Assembly: GCA_023213395.1 (NCBI GenBank)
Contig: CM041465.1
Span: 196,919,741-196,983,740 of the forward strand
Direction: 5' to 3'
DNA length: 64,000 bases
DNA from: Cycas panzhihuaensis
Taxonomy: Eukaryota; Plantae; Cycadophyta
The position numbers and the translations under genes are program-made. Each line of letters opens with the position of its first letter. The stretch's first letter is position 1. Shown here one piece after another: positions 13,261 through 27,610 of this stretch. The notes beneath the pieces were generated by a model that was not told the origin of the DNA, made no database searches, and worked only from the letters and a program-made list of their open reading frames with translations.

Positions 13261-16200
13261 TAGTCCTTCATATATTACTTCATAATGTTTAGTATTTGAT
13301 GATTGAAACAAGTTTTATCCTCTATCGTGGGATCCACTATAATATATGTGTTTGAAAGATCATATGAATATAAATAAGACTAATATTAGATAAGTCCATA
13401 AGCGTGCAAATTAATATAGAATTATACTTGTAGTTGTAAGCATTAATCTAGATAAATTAAATGGAATACTTGCTCCCAAATTTTCAATAAGCATTTACAA
13501 TAGCCTTTGATGTGTAAAGAACTTCTATTATGTATTAAATAAGTTTGACTTGTAATGAACTACATAGTAGCATGCATACTTTGATGTACATAACCTTTTA
13601 AAATAAAATCTAGAAGTTGAAAGCTAAAAGGCATTCTAAAAAAATATGTATATAATAATAGACTATGTGCCAACAATAACAACGATAAGAGCTCTACATG
13701 TAATTAAAATCTTACTATTAAATAGATAATCCTAATTAATTTGCTAAAAATTAGCAGGATAGGGGGCATGTTAAAGTATGCTGCTTTTAAGTATATATAA
13801 TTGTTTTAAATGCCATGTTCACTTCTTAAAATGTGGGAAATAGTTATGATAGGATATCTTATTAAAACTTAGCCCCAATATTTGTATTCAAGCTTTAAAT
13901 GTAAAAGTTTAAGGTGTTCCATAATTTTTATTTGAAGGCATATCTTTGAATGGCAATTTCAATTGATTTGGATATTTATAACATAAATGAGAGCCTTTTA
14001 AAGATGACTTTTTAGTTTTGTGATGAGTAAAATGTATAATATGATGTTATTTTACATTGTTTTTACTAATACTTACGTTGAACCATTAAAAACTAAACTC
14101 GGTACTAATGTAGATAAAGCAAAATTGTATTAGCTTGCCCCTCAAATTTTGCATCAAAGAGACCCTCTAGTTTACAACCTAAACCATGGACCCAACCTTT
14201 TGGGTAAATATCCATTGACTCCTTTTATAAACCTTATTTTAACTTTGATATAGTCAAGACGATAACTATTCTCTCAAAGGATTCCCTCCTCACACTCTTA
14301 AATTTTCCATCCTTATCTACCTCCCAGGTTACACATATGATTGAATGAAGTTAAGTGGTAGAGAATTAACTTTGCTTGTGGTATAACATATGCCATTCTG
14401 TACTCTCTATAATATTTTATTTTTAGTTTTTTCTAGGAAATGATTATTTATTAATTATTACGTAGGGAGAGGGGGAGAGTGGAGGGGAACCTCTACTATA
14501 GAAAGAAAAGTTAAAGGACATATGGATATCCAACATACCTACACACACCTATTTTAGACTAGTAGAGAACTAGACAACATATAATAAAAACATAAATGTA
14601 GTAGTTGGCCTCATAAAGACAACATCTAATCTAGATAATTTGTTGAGGCACTGAGTGAGATTGTCAAGGATTGACGAGGACCAATGTAAAATTTAGATGT
14701 AGGTTTTAGGTAAAATTAGTCTACCTTAAAAAATAACAAAATACAACCCTATATATGTATAAATACAAGTGGGATCAGTAATGGTCCAAACAAGTCTTAT
14801 AACTACCATGACATATCATAAGTCTATTTAGGATTTTTGTGAACTTCTATAATATATGTCATCAAGCTAATGATGACTTGACTACTCACCCAAGCAATAT
14901 TTGCTTATGCGTGTATTAATTTATAATATTCCCCCTTAATGTTGACACATGTAACATAAGAATATATAGACACAACATCACAAGATACTGCTGGCTTTAA
15001 TGTCAACATAAGATCTACCTTTGCCAAACTTTTCTTTAGATAATGGTTTGGTGAATATATTTATAAGTTGCTCTTCTATTAGTTTGTATACGAGCTCGAC
15101 CTCTCCATTTTAGACCTATTCCTAGATGAAATGATGATGTACCTCAATGTATTTAGTGCAAGTATGGAATACTAGATTCTTGGCAATCTTCAAAGTATTT
15201 AATTATCATAATATAATGTAGTTGCCTCATCCTAATGAAGTCCTAAATCTCTAAGCACCTACCTTAACTAGATGGCCTCATAACTTACTATAATAGTAGT
15301 TTAATATTCTACTTTAGCGGATGACAATGTAACATTAAGTTGCTTCTTGCTACTCTAGGTGACAACAACAAAACACAAACTAAAGCAATATCTTGAAATA
15401 GACCTTCTATTATGTACTCATACGGTCTAATCTGAATTAAAATATCCCTCTAGTTGAAAATTATTATTATAGTTAAGCTTTAATCCAAAATGTAGTGTCC
15501 CTTATAAATATTTCAAGATCCTCTAAGTAACTTTCCAATGCCTCTACTTCGATTATGCCATAAACATTGATACCATACCAACTACAAAGGATATGTTAGG
15601 CCTAGCTGTAATCAAGTAAATTAAACTACTAACTAACTACCCATACATTGTGCCATTTATGTGATCCTTCTCATTTAATATTATTAACTTTGAACCTGTT
15701 TCCACAAGACTTGGTGTAAGTTTATATTCCTTAATTTTGAAACTCTTAAGAATCTTAGATGTATATTTTACATATAAAATGAAGATTCTTTCAATCTTTT
15801 GCTATACTTTAACTCCTAAAAAATAGTGGAGCAATCCAACATCTATCATCTCTAAAGTTTGCTTAAGATCACTCTTCAGGTCTTCAACCTTTAAAGTGTC
15901 ATTTCCTTTAACCATAAGATCACCTATATATAACACCATAGAGATGACTAAGATTCATTCAAACTTGATATATAAGTTTAGATCTCCTATGAACCTCTTA
16001 AACTTGTTATTCAAAAAGTATTGATCAATCTTAGAGTAGTGGGCTCTTAGAGCCTACATTAGGATATATAAAGCTTTCTTTGAGCGATATACCAGATGTT
16101 CTTTACCTTTAGCAATATTCCCAACTAGCTACTCCATATAGAATTCCTCTGTAAGATCTTCATTAAGGAAGGTACTTTTGACATCAAGCTAGTATAACTG

Positions 16201-18476
16201 CCATTTGAACTGAGAAATTAATGCTAATATCAATCTAATCATTACCATCTTAGCTACTAGAGTGAATGTCTCCTAATAATTAATCCATTTTATCTACTTG
16301 AATCCTTTAGTTACTAATTTGGCCTTATATTTATCAATAGAGCCATTAAATTTGAATTTGTTCTTATATACCTATTTACATCCAATCACCTCTTTGCTTA
16401 TTAGCAAATCAATTAAGTCCCATATTTTGTTCCACTTAACAACTCAAAATTTAATATCCATTGATGATCTCTATTTTTGCTTCTGGTTGGCCTCCTTAAA
16501 ACTCAAAGGCTCTTCAACATTTAACACATCTACTATTAAGGCAAAATTAACTATATTAGGTCTCATCTTGGACTTGCATTTTCCTTTTGTCCCCAACAAA
16601 TAAGCTTATATAATGGTTTCTAAGTACCATTTAGGAAGTTTCTTGACAAGTGAAGTGACCTCAGGCTATGTTTATGTCTATGATTCTTAAGCATCTTTAT
16701 ATTCCTCCTCCTCACCTACCTCTTCTTCTTCTTCTTCCTCCTCCTCCTCATCATCTTCTTCTTAGTTTGGCTCAATTATTAATTTAGTAACTTGTTGTCT
16801 CAAATAATTATATTTAGGTTATTTCTCAATCTACTTCCTTTTGTCTAATAAAATCATCAAAGTGTCTAGGTCTTAATCCTTATTTGTAATATGTTTGTCA
16901 ACTTTTTTGAAGTTGGCATCTCAAGTTGTGTGTGCCTTCTTGGTTGTTAACTCATATACCTAATATGTTTTACTTTCCTCATTGTATTCTATAAGGATGC
17001 ATTTAAAACTTTTGTTCATAAAAAAAAATGGTGTTTCTCCTTAGGAATATACATATACATCATTCTTTTAAAGATTCTTAGATGGTTCACTACAGGTTTC
17101 TGACTTGACCATGCCTCTTAAAGGGTTATATTCCATGCAACTTTGTAATACTCTTATTTATTAGGTATGTTGTTGTACAAACAACTTCAACCTAAAAAAT
17201 ATCCAAGAGATTCTTCACTTTCATCACTAACTTAAGCTTAGACCAATGTCCTATTTATTCTCTTAGTTACATTGTTATGCTATGAAGTGCATGCTATCAT
17301 TAAATGCTTCTTAATGCCACGATCCTTGTAAATCTGGACAAAGGTATTAGAAGTATATTTTCCTCGATTATCTAATCTAAGTTTTCTCACTCTTTGGGGA
17401 CTCTTATTTTCCACATTTATCTTGAATTCTTTTAAGATATCAAATGCTTGGGATTCCTCTTTTATAGGATATACCCAAACCTTTCTCGAAAAATCATTAA
17501 TGAAGGCTAAGAAATATCTTGTACCTTTGAGCAAAGTGGTTGGCATATGACCACAAATATCTTAATAGATTAGGCTTAACTTTTTAATTGCCTTCCAAGC
17601 CTTACCTTTTATAAACATTTCAATGCATTACTTCTCAAAGATGTATGGTCCACAAATACTTTTTTCTACCTTGAATTTTAGAAGACCATGTACCATATTT
17701 AGATTATGCATCAAATGTAGTCAAGGGAAGTATAAATGCCCTATTCTCTTATGCCACAACTGAATTTGCTAGACACATTTACAATCAATATTCTTTAGTT
17801 TACCAATTTACCTAAGAGCCTATAAAGACCACCTTCTCTTACACCTTATATGACAGTTTCCCCTTTATGATCACTAATAGTGTCCTTTCCATCTTTGAAG
17901 AGGTTATTTATATTGTTGTCTTTAATTTATTGACTAAAGTCAATTTCTTCTTTAATCTTAGCATGTATATCATATCACTGATGTGGTTATCCTCTTAATC
18001 CATTGCTATAAATGCGACATCTTTTATGCCCTTAACATCAGAGACATTATTGTCTCTCAGAGTTATAGTATACTTAGTCACTTCCGACATGTTTGAACTA
18101 ATCAAATCTACTAGTCATGTGCCCAAAAGTACCTAAATCTATGTATTAGACATTGCTTGATTTTAACCTTGTTTATGAGACTGGCAAGTTCTACTAACTA
18201 TTTACATTCTACGGACTACCTTTGTCTTACTACTAATTAACCAATAACAACCTATAATTCCTTCTAAAATGACTTGGTTTATTGTAGTGATAACATATCT
18301 TCTAAGATAGCTTGTTTTTTTTTTTGTTAAGGTAAAATAAATTAATATGGGTTTGTAATAGGATCCCACAACCTAGTACATCAATGAAGATTAAACCATG
18401 TCATGTTGGACTGTGACAACCCGACAACCTAAGTATCAATCCAAAAATAGAGTTTTGCTAGGACAAGCCCCATAAC

Positions 18477-21400
18477 TAGCTATCTCGGGTTCTTTCAATT
18501 TCAACCAGTTTCATAATCTCCTCAAGGAAATCCTCCCTCCAGACAATAGAATTCCTATTCCAGACCCCCAAGTTTTCTAAGAGGTTAATCACTTTATTAC
18601 CTTCCCTATATGTATATTGAATCTAAACATTCGTGAGGTCCTTTAGTGCTTCCTAGGCATCTTCAATCATCTATTGAAATCTCTAGTCTGAGGACATTAT
18701 GCCTTTCAACATATTTATTATGTTTAGGGAATCTCCCTCAATGATCACCTTACGAAGGCCCCCTTTTAGGGCTAAATTCACAACTTTAAGCATAGTAGCC
18801 ATCTCCACAAAATGGTTCGATTGTTGATCATAGTACTCTATAAAATCCCAAATGAAGTTGCCTTTATCATCTCTATAGATACCATTGCCACTAACTTCAC
18901 CGGGGTTACCTTTCAAAGCGCCATCAAAATTTATTTATAGGTAATACTCCTCAAGGGGATTCTAAGGGTTTTTTCTCGGTGTCTCATCCCCGAAGGTTGG
19001 CTTTATGCCCCACTTCTACAGGATCTTGTCTTCTATCGGCACCAAGTACTTCGCCTCTGTGCTTCTAACATTCTCCTTAATCTATGTATATATGACATTA
19101 AAGATAGACTTCGGGTCCAGCTGTTTATCTTGAAATATCCTTCTATTTCTTTCCTTCCATCGGTTCCAAGACAACACATGAAGTGCATTTTTCCACACAC
19201 AGCCTAAGACTCTGCTCCTAAAGGGGCTTTGCCAAGAAATCCATTGGTCTACTATGTTATAAGGAAAGACCCACTTTACCTTAAAAAAGTTAAGCATAAG
19301 TCTCCATACCTCACCTGAGTAGGAGCACTGGAGGAAAATGTGGTCCACGAATTCCTCCTTGATACAACATAGGATACACCTATTAGTTAGATGGTAGCCT
19401 CTCCTCATGAGGTTATTCACTGTTAAAATTTTATTCCTGAGGCAAGTCCACCAGAAAACAACAATCTTTGGCATAAGGTTCGACTTCTAAACACCTTCCA
19501 AAATCTCATTCCTCTAAATCCCTCTCTCTAAACAAAGATAGAGGTAACCTTGCTTCACTGAGTACTCCCTATTTTGGGTAGAGGGCCAGACTACTGAGTC
19601 TACCTTATTTGTTTTAGGTATATAACATGTACCAAGAATCTTTTTAAGCTTTCCAATACCTTCCTGGGGGAAAGACCCCTCTTAAAGTTCCTTGAAATTC
19701 CTCTATCTTTTCCTTCTACCCCTTCCTATCAAATAATCCTTCACATGGATGCCAAATAATCTTTCGTAAGTGGGCTAAAGGGGAACTAATATAGGGTAGT
19801 TCTTTAAGCCTATTTCACTATACTAAGCATCCTCCCAAAAGTGTATAGTGTTTCCATCCCCCAAATTCCACTTCAAACTAGCTTTCACCATGGACCTGAT
19901 ACTAAGGATGCTCCTCTAGATAGTTGAGCCAAGAGGGGGGACAATGTTCTCAAGAAGGGAACTGCCCTGAAGGTAGTTTTGAGTTAAGATTTTTTCCCAT
20001 AATCTCCCACGACCTTTGATTAGCCACCACCTTAGCTTGGCCACAAGGGCATAATTAAATATAGACATTCTTCTAAGATTTAATCCCCTAACCCTTTTCA
20101 GAGTACAGACTTTGCTCTAGTCCACCAAATGGATTCTTTCCTTCTCTTCCACCCCAGACCAAAAGGAATCTTTTTTGGACGGATTCCAGCACAGAAGAAA
20201 CCTTAGACGAGACTCTGAAAATATACATCTAATAAACATGAATGCTTTGTAATGAGGTAGCCACAAGTTGGAGCTTACCAGCTTGGCTAAGAAGTGCCCC
20301 TTTCCACCCAGCCAACTTCCTTTATATCTGATCAATAAGGGGATTCCATAAGTCCTTGGTCATCTTGCCCATGAATAGAGGCATACCAAGATATGTAGTA
20401 GGCAACCTCTTAATATCCATCTCCAGAATTTCATTGATCCTTCTTTAAGTAGACCCCAGGGTGTTTATGAAGTAAACATTGCTTTTGCTCAGGTTTACCT
20501 TTTGGTTTGTGGCTAATTTGAAGCTTCTCTGTCCATCCTTGATCTTGGTGGCCTCCCTAATAACAACTTTCCCCAAGAATATGTTATCGTCTACAAATTG
20601 GTGATGCATGATATTTCCTACTCTGGATGTGGGGCACAGTCCGATGATGGAACCTCGTCTTTTGGCATCCTCCATGGTCCTACCCAATATTTCTGCAAGG
20701 ATAAGAAAGAGGTAGGGAGATAAGGGATCCCCTTGTCTTAACCCCCTATGTCTCAAGAAGAACCTGGACGAAGAACCATTAATAATGATCGAGAATTGGG
20801 AATTTGAGATGCAAAGCTTTATCCAGGTTCTCCACTTCTCCCTAAACCCAAATGCATCCAAGCACTCGAGAAGACAGTCCTAGGAAACTCTGTCAAAAAC
20901 CTTCGAAAGATCTATTTTTATTAGCATAGTTGGCTCCTTCCTCTCATTTGTAGAGTGCAACGTTTCATGGACCACAATAATACCATCTGTGATCTATCTA
21001 CCTTGCACGAAACCATCTTGGTTTTGGGAGATTATGCATGGGATGATCCTTTTCAACCTATTAGTGAGCACCTTAGCTAAGATCTTATATTTTACGTTAC
21101 AAAGATCGATGGGCCGAAAGTCCTCCATGCTCCTGGCTCCCTCCCTTTTTGGAATGAGAACAAAAAATGTGGCTTGCCATTCCTGAAGAATCTTTTGGTT
21201 TGAGTATAACTCATGCACTGCCTCCATGAGATCTGCCTTGATTATGTCCCAGAATTTCTTGGAAGAAACCGGGAGGGAAACCGTCCAGCCTAGGGGCTTT
21301 GTCCCTCTTCATTCTAAACACGACCTTCTTAACCTCGTCCTGAGTGAAGGGAGCAGTCAATGAATGGTTTTGGGCCTCGTTGACCAAACTAGGTATAGAT

Positions 21401-22674
21401 CTCAAGAAGATATCTCTAGCATCTCTCCCTCCTCCATGCGATTCTGTGAATAATTCCTTAAAGTAATCACTTGCGAGGTGTTTAATATCTTCTATGTAGG
21501 TCGCTAACAGACCATCATCCTTTTGAAGACCATTAATTATATTACTAGCTCTATGCTTTACTGCAATCATGTGAAAGAATTTGGTGTTCCTGTCTCCCTC
21601 TGCAAGCCAGATGGCCCTAGACTTTGTCTCCAATGAATCTCTTCTCTATTTAGCAGTTCTTCTAGGTTTCGATCAAGTCTCTTTCTATCTTGTCCAATAC
21701 TTGGGTTCTACCTTCATTCTGAATCCTTCTCTCAATTTCGTTTAGATTCTTAATAGTTTGGTCCTTAAGAAGATGAATATTCTGAAATGTTTCTTTGTTC
21801 TAAACTTTCACTTGCCCTTTCGCCCAATCAAGCTTTTTTGAGAATTTATACATTGCGTGCCCCTGAATTGGGATGTTCCACCATTCCTCCACCTTTTGTC
21901 TAAGGTCTAGGTGTCTGATCCACATCATCTCAAATCTAAAAGGTGACCCCTTGTGCTTCTCCATATCTGAGAATAAGAGTTCAAGAGGGGAATGATCAGA
22001 TCTGATTTTAGGAAGTGCCTCAAGGTAAAAGTCGCTGAAGCACCTAGTCCACTCATAGTTTACCATGACTCTGTCTAATTTGATTTGGATCAATCGGTTA
22101 TCCATCCTTTTGTTTGACCAAGTGAAAGGTACACCTCTCAACTTCACATCCACAAGGCCCCCCTTCTACATGAAGCATTCGAGGTCGTGCATGCTGCTTG
22201 TCCATCCTTCTTGATCCCCTTTCTTATCCTCTAGACAGAGAGTTGTATTGAAGTCTCTAGCCACCAGCCAAGGAGCACCACATTCACCATGGACTTCCAT
22301 GATCCTATCCCACAATCTCTTCCTACCCTTGTGGTGATTTGGGGCATAAACATTTGTGGCCAGCCATTTCATATTGTTTCTCCTGTTAGTAAACCGCATG
22401 GATAGAAAGGAGTCCTCCTCCTTAAAGGTTTCCCCAATCCATTCATCTAGATTCCACGTCACCATTAGACCCCCAATCCCTTGATTATTACCAACTCCTT
22501 TGCCTTCCACATTTTTTCCAGATTTTGATCTTAGCATTTAGGCTGTTCTCCAAATTTAATTTTGTCTCTTGTAAAAAAAATAAGATCCGTGGATTCCCTT
22601 CTTCACATATCTCTTAGGATCCTTTGTTTGGAAGGGGCATTCAATCCCCTAACATTCCACGAGATGAGTTCTAT
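18477..22674 (-). pseudogene. L1 copy A ORF2 (endonuclease, reverse transcriptase, zf-RVT, RNase H)
   Basis: Colinear ORF fragments 22166-22537, 21800-22153, 21211-21633, 20994-21227, 20445-20861, 19082-19474 and 18683-18916. Confidence 0.9.
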
Positions 22675-23986
22675 CTTTTCTTCCTTTGTTTCCAAATCTA
22701 CGTTGCCTCCCCTTTAGAGGGGTCCCATCCATCAATTCTAGATCTGAGTTTAGGACCTTCTAAGAAGCCCTCATTGAGTGTTTTTTGGTTACCCTGATGC
22801 ACCTAAGTAGCTGCCTCCCTTTCCCGAACTATTCTTAGAGGGAGCCTACCAACTCGCTTTTTAGAGCTGACACCCATAATCTTTTTCTGGGCCTCTTCGC
22901 GTTGGACCACTTGTGATGGGATCTCTTCACTCTTGCCTTCTAGGATAACTTCCCCCGCTTTATCTTCCCCTTTAGATAGCTCTAGTGAGTCGGGTGCCTG
23001 GATTTCCTGATCACCCATATTAGAGAGGGTGTCTTCCAAATTGGGGTCAAAACCAAAGTCCATTGTACCTTGCAACTCGAGATGGTCTTCACCTTTTGTC
23101 TCAGGAGGGCACTCTCGTCAGACTTTAAGAGGGCACTCTTCTTGCCCTTCAAGAGCACTCCTTCCTCGCTCCAACTCAAGGGATTCTCCCACCTTCTGGA
23201 AGTTGTCTTCTGGCTCTATGTTTTCTTTTTGGTTTTCTTCCTCTATTTGCTTTTCTCCTGGGCATTTCTGAGGTAAATGCCCTAGCCTTCTATAGATCGA
23301 GCATCTAAAGTTATCTATTTCATATATTAGTGGTTGGGCCCAACTCCGATCCTCCATGTCCATCTATACTTCATCAATAAGAGGCTTATCGATCCTAGCT
23401 AGAGTACAAAACCTGGCGTTGATAAGCCTACTCTTGTTTTTGGTTGTTGAGTCAATCGATAGGAGGGGGCCCACAACTCTCGCCATCCCCTTCAAAACTT
23501 CCATGTTCCAATGTTGCAAAGGAAGGCTAGGTAGTTGAATAAGATAGGGGCCTGTTTAACCATAGGAATTGACGAGTTAAAGTCTTTACGCCACTTTTTT
23601 AGAATCAATGCCTTCCTACCTAACATCTAAGGGGCCCTTAGGAGGATGTTTGTCATGTCTTCCTGGGAAATGAATTTAAAGAGTACATAGTCTTTTGGCA
23701 TAGTTATGACTTCCACATTCCCCGTCGTCCTCCATTTATACTTGATCCAGCTTCTAATAGTTTCTAGCCTTGGTCTAGGGTTAGAGAATCTGCCAACCAG
23801 ACAGTTCTTCCATTGTTTCTCCGTTCTCTTTATTAAGTTTTTAGGGATTTTTAACCTTACTTTATTATCTTGAGTGATGGGGGTTAAAACATATTCTTCC
23901 TCTTCCCCATCTTTTAGAAATTCATAGTAGGATTCACCCAAGGAAGGGTTATGAAACTGATTTTGGATCATTTGTTCCTTGTCCAT
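22670..23986 (-). pseudogene. L1 copy A ORF1 (DUF4283-like domain plus CX2CX4HX4C-derived knuckle)
   Basis: ORF pieces 23627-23986 (WKNCLVGRF...VLFKF), 23118-23363 (FRCSIYRRLGHLPQKCP) and 22803-23075. Confidence 0.85.
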
Positions 23987-26900
23987 ATTAAAAAAATAAA
24001 TAAGAGAAATGAAAGGAAATCTGGCTTCTTGTGGAGTAGAATATCTTACTATTGCACATCATAACCCAAGATCCTATTCTCCCTATTAAACACCATCTGC
24101 GTCTAGATTTCCAATGAAAGTATGGAGCATACCTCCCTAGGATAAGATCTAGATCCTGTTTAGCCCCACCCATAGTAGACAGCTTGTGGGTATCCTCGTC
24201 CCTACTCTTCAGCTCTACCAACGTACCTTCCGTCCGGTGTAGAGCGCTCCTACTCTTCTCAACTTCCTTCCTTTCCTATATGTCTATATTTAGACACTCT
24301 TCATAATCATAGACCCTATTTGGGCGCTCCACTCTACTGTTGCTCTTTCCAGCCTGGATCTCCTGTTTGAGACTCAGGATATGTAGCTAGAGGGCTCTCT
24401 CCACTCCTATGGTCACACACGAACCATCTTTGTTACGAGCTGCTCCCGCGACTAAGGGATTTAGAGCATTACCCCCACACCACTTGTTCAACTTGGAAAA
24501 CCAGTGTAGAAATCTCTGTTTGCCATCTCCAGTCAAGTCCAGATGGCCGACCATCCTCCTAGATGGTGAGAGAGCTCCCCACCTACACACAGAAGCCGTC
24601 GCCGCCTTCGAAAACTAGAACCCTAGCCAAGGTAGGGTTATATTCTTTAATACTTCAAGGTCCTTCTAAGATAGCTTGTTGGTGTAAGAGAAAAATATAA
24701 TTGCACCTATGGTTAATGCAAAATAATATAATAAATCACATAGAAACACATAAAGAAGAGTATATTAAATAACTCTAACACATCATACAGAATATTTTAT
24801 TAATTTAAAAAATATTTGATTCCTTAGTCACTTCACAAAGTGCTGGAAAAATGTAAACTTCCTCAAACACCATGTAAGGGCTTAAAAAAATATCATACGA
24901 CCATGCTAAATAGGAAGAGCATAAAAAACCATAGTACAAATGTGCTTTTAATCTTATAATTTGGCTTAAAGTTCCCTTAGCACCATGTTTGGCATATGAC
25001 TAGGGGCTAACTTACTCGGGGGTTTATGGATGGATTTTAAACACAAATTAAAATTAGTTTAATATATTCTAACATTACAAATAAAGAAAAAATATTTTGA
25101 CCTAAGTTTTATAAATAGATATACCACTGAATCTAATGTAATTTTTATACTTTTCATGAGTTATCATTAGCTTCAATGGTGGATCTTAGTGGATTTTATC
25201 CATTTCAAGTGGGTGGTAATTTGATTTTCAATCTTTGTTTAGTTAATTCAAGTCTTTATACTTAGTCCCTACATAATTGAAAATTTGATCAATGTTGTTG
25301 GTATATGTTTAAACATCATATGTTTGTTATCTCTCATATTCTTCATCAATTGAATTATGGATTGACATCTTTTAACTAACTTTGTTAGTGTTTTATGTTT
25401 ATTGATTATAGGTGTTCTTAATGCATTCGTTAGTGTTGGTCAATTTAAATCGATATTATTGTAGTGTTGGGCATTTCAAGCATTGTTTCTCGCTCCATGT
25501 TTGTTGATTGGTATGTGAATCTTCTAAATTGAATGATTATGCTATTATAACTCTCTATCACATTGTGTAATGGCTGCAATGACTGGTATTCAACATTGTA
25601 TAAAACTTCTGGTGTATGGCATGCTATGGCATCTCAACATGGCATTTAATGACCTTTGTTTGACTTGGAGATATCCGCTTTTACATAAATATTAGATTTT
25701 TCTCATTTGGTCAGCTTTTGATAGACAAAAAATCTCATTATGTCTTTAGTACCTTTGTTTAATCTTTAACATGTGTTTCTACCTCATGCAAAATAAGCAT
25801 CACCCCTTTCAACATTTGAATGCCATAAATGGCAAGATTTTATTAGCCTTTCAATGCTCCTATAATCTTCTCTGTGTCTCCTTCATTGTTGATGTAAGTA
25901 AACTACCACTGTGCCCTAGCATAGCCTCTTCATCATTCAAACTTATAATTTTGATAATAAATGAACTCATTATCCCTCTTTTTCAAATTTTTTTCCATAA
26001 AATTTAAAGGCACAAATTCATGAAATTAAGATGTACAAATGAAATCCAAAAAACATCTCACAACCTTCAACAAAAAGTCAAAATTTCTCACAATTTAATC
26101 CAACATACCCGATGTAAATCATATCGAAATCACTTACACATTGATTGCCTTCTTAAACCACATGTCAAAAAATTAATTGACAACTTGCAGTAATTGGCTC
26201 TAATACTAATGACAATGTTAAGGATCAAATGGAACTAATATAAAATTTAGATATAAGTTTTAGGTTGAATTAGTCTACCTTAAAAACTAATTTTCATTCA
26301 TTATGGATGATTCACTTTAATATAAAATATAACCGTATACATCCATAAATATAAGTGAGATTGGTAACAGTCCAAAAAAAACTAGTAACTGCCCAGACAT
26401 ATGTCATAAGTCCATTTAGGACTTTTGTAATTCCTATGACACATGTTATCAAGTTAATGATGACTTGATTACTTGGCAAAGTAATATATGTCCTATGTAA
26501 ACATTAATTTCTAACACTAAGTACACCCCAAACATAAGTTATAAGCATAGAGACCATGCAAGGCCCTTTAGTGTTGGCTCGACTAAACATTAATAATAAT
26601 AGCATCTAAAACTTATTGAAATGTCTTTAGCATAAGGCCAGTCACATCATTAAAGATAATCATTTACTTAAAAAATAACATGATAATAATCATGTATAGA
26701 ATCTATAATCAACATGAAGAACTTTACCATGTTAACCACCCTTCTTCTCTTCGTGTGGCAAACTCACTTTTCCCTTTTGATTTGTATTTTGAGTTTGACA
26801 GGACCTAAGCGAATAATACACATATTTGAAAAATTAATAGAATCATGTTTCACTATAAGAACATTTAATGCCATTCCACCTCTCCTGCGCATATGAAGGG

Positions 26901-27170
26901 GCTGTGGCATTTTGACATCCACATTTAAGTTAAGGGTTATATTGCATCTTAGGAATTTTGAAAACCACTATAATCCTCCAATGAATGCATTAAACATGAA
27001 CAAACACTAGAAGTGCCATGCCTTAAGGAGATAATCAATTGACCCCTAAAAAGCTAATCAAATCCATAGTTTAAAAACTACCCACTTCATTACCAATTTT
27101 ATCGAGGGCCTTCTACTCATGTTGTCTTGTGGCCCTTTTGAGCTTTCCTTTTTAAATCAAATTTATCAAA

Positions 27171-27186
27171 ATACCGTTAACGGTAT
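27171..27186. promoter_or_regulatory. Perfect 16-bp palindrome ATACCGTTAACGGTAT (paired MYB/MSA-like CCGTTA/TAACGG) upstream of DSK2
   Basis: The palindrome is seen directly, ~460 bp upstream of the ATG; any function is inference. Confidence 0.35.
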
Positions 27187-27610
27187 GCCACCTTCCCTTC
27201 TTCACTAGCTTTTTGCTTTTGGTGGAAGACTTCTTGGCGACCACCTTTCGCCATCATTGAAAAGGCTACTTTGTTTCAAAAGAGAGTGACAGGAACAACT
27301 AAGGAACAACTAAGGTTCTTTCGCGGACTCGAAAATTTTAGTAAAGCAGATTTAATGAAGGATTTGAAATCCCCTTTAATTATTCGTCTCCGCATGGCAT
27401 TCGCTGTGTTGCACAGTTTCCTCTATCCGGTTTTGTGAATTACAGAGACGTTCGAGGCCCGGCTGCCCCGGATCTTGTCGTCCTTGCGTCCCGCTAAAGG
27501 CCGCCCTCCTGTCCGAGGTTGATCGATCAGGTTTGCTCTGGAAGGTGTCAGGAATCCATAGGCGAACTCGGTTTCTTCCGCCGTCGATTATTGCGTTAGT
27601 TCTGGAATCT

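Larger units (their letters stand above)
18317..24662 (-). mobile_element. Full-length L1-clade LINE, copy A (ORF1 DUF4283/zinc knuckle; ORF2 APE-RT-zf-RNase H), decayed
   Basis: 18-bp TSD cttctaagatagcttgtt at 18299-18316 and 24663-24680; poly(A) seen as a T-run at 18315-18325. Motifs: ISWNVRG, SDHSP, EGDRNTKFFH, FRPIDLCN, GLRQGDPLSPYLF, QFVDD, CILC..E..DHIFLQC, IEGDS. Confidence 0.95.
14662..26516 (-). mobile_element. Old Ty1/Copia element with both LTRs, interrupted by a full-length L1
   Basis: Diverged LTR pair at ~14662-14929 and 26216-26516. PPT (plus ttcccccttaatg) at ~14929-14941 and degenerate Met PBS (plus gctctaatacta, ~26197-26208). Integrase ORF 17280-17546, RT/RNase H relics ~15.0-16.6 kb, and a gag zinc-knuckle relic (ICYHYNKPSHF, ~18265-18298). 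No TSD is recognisable. Confidence 0.8.
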
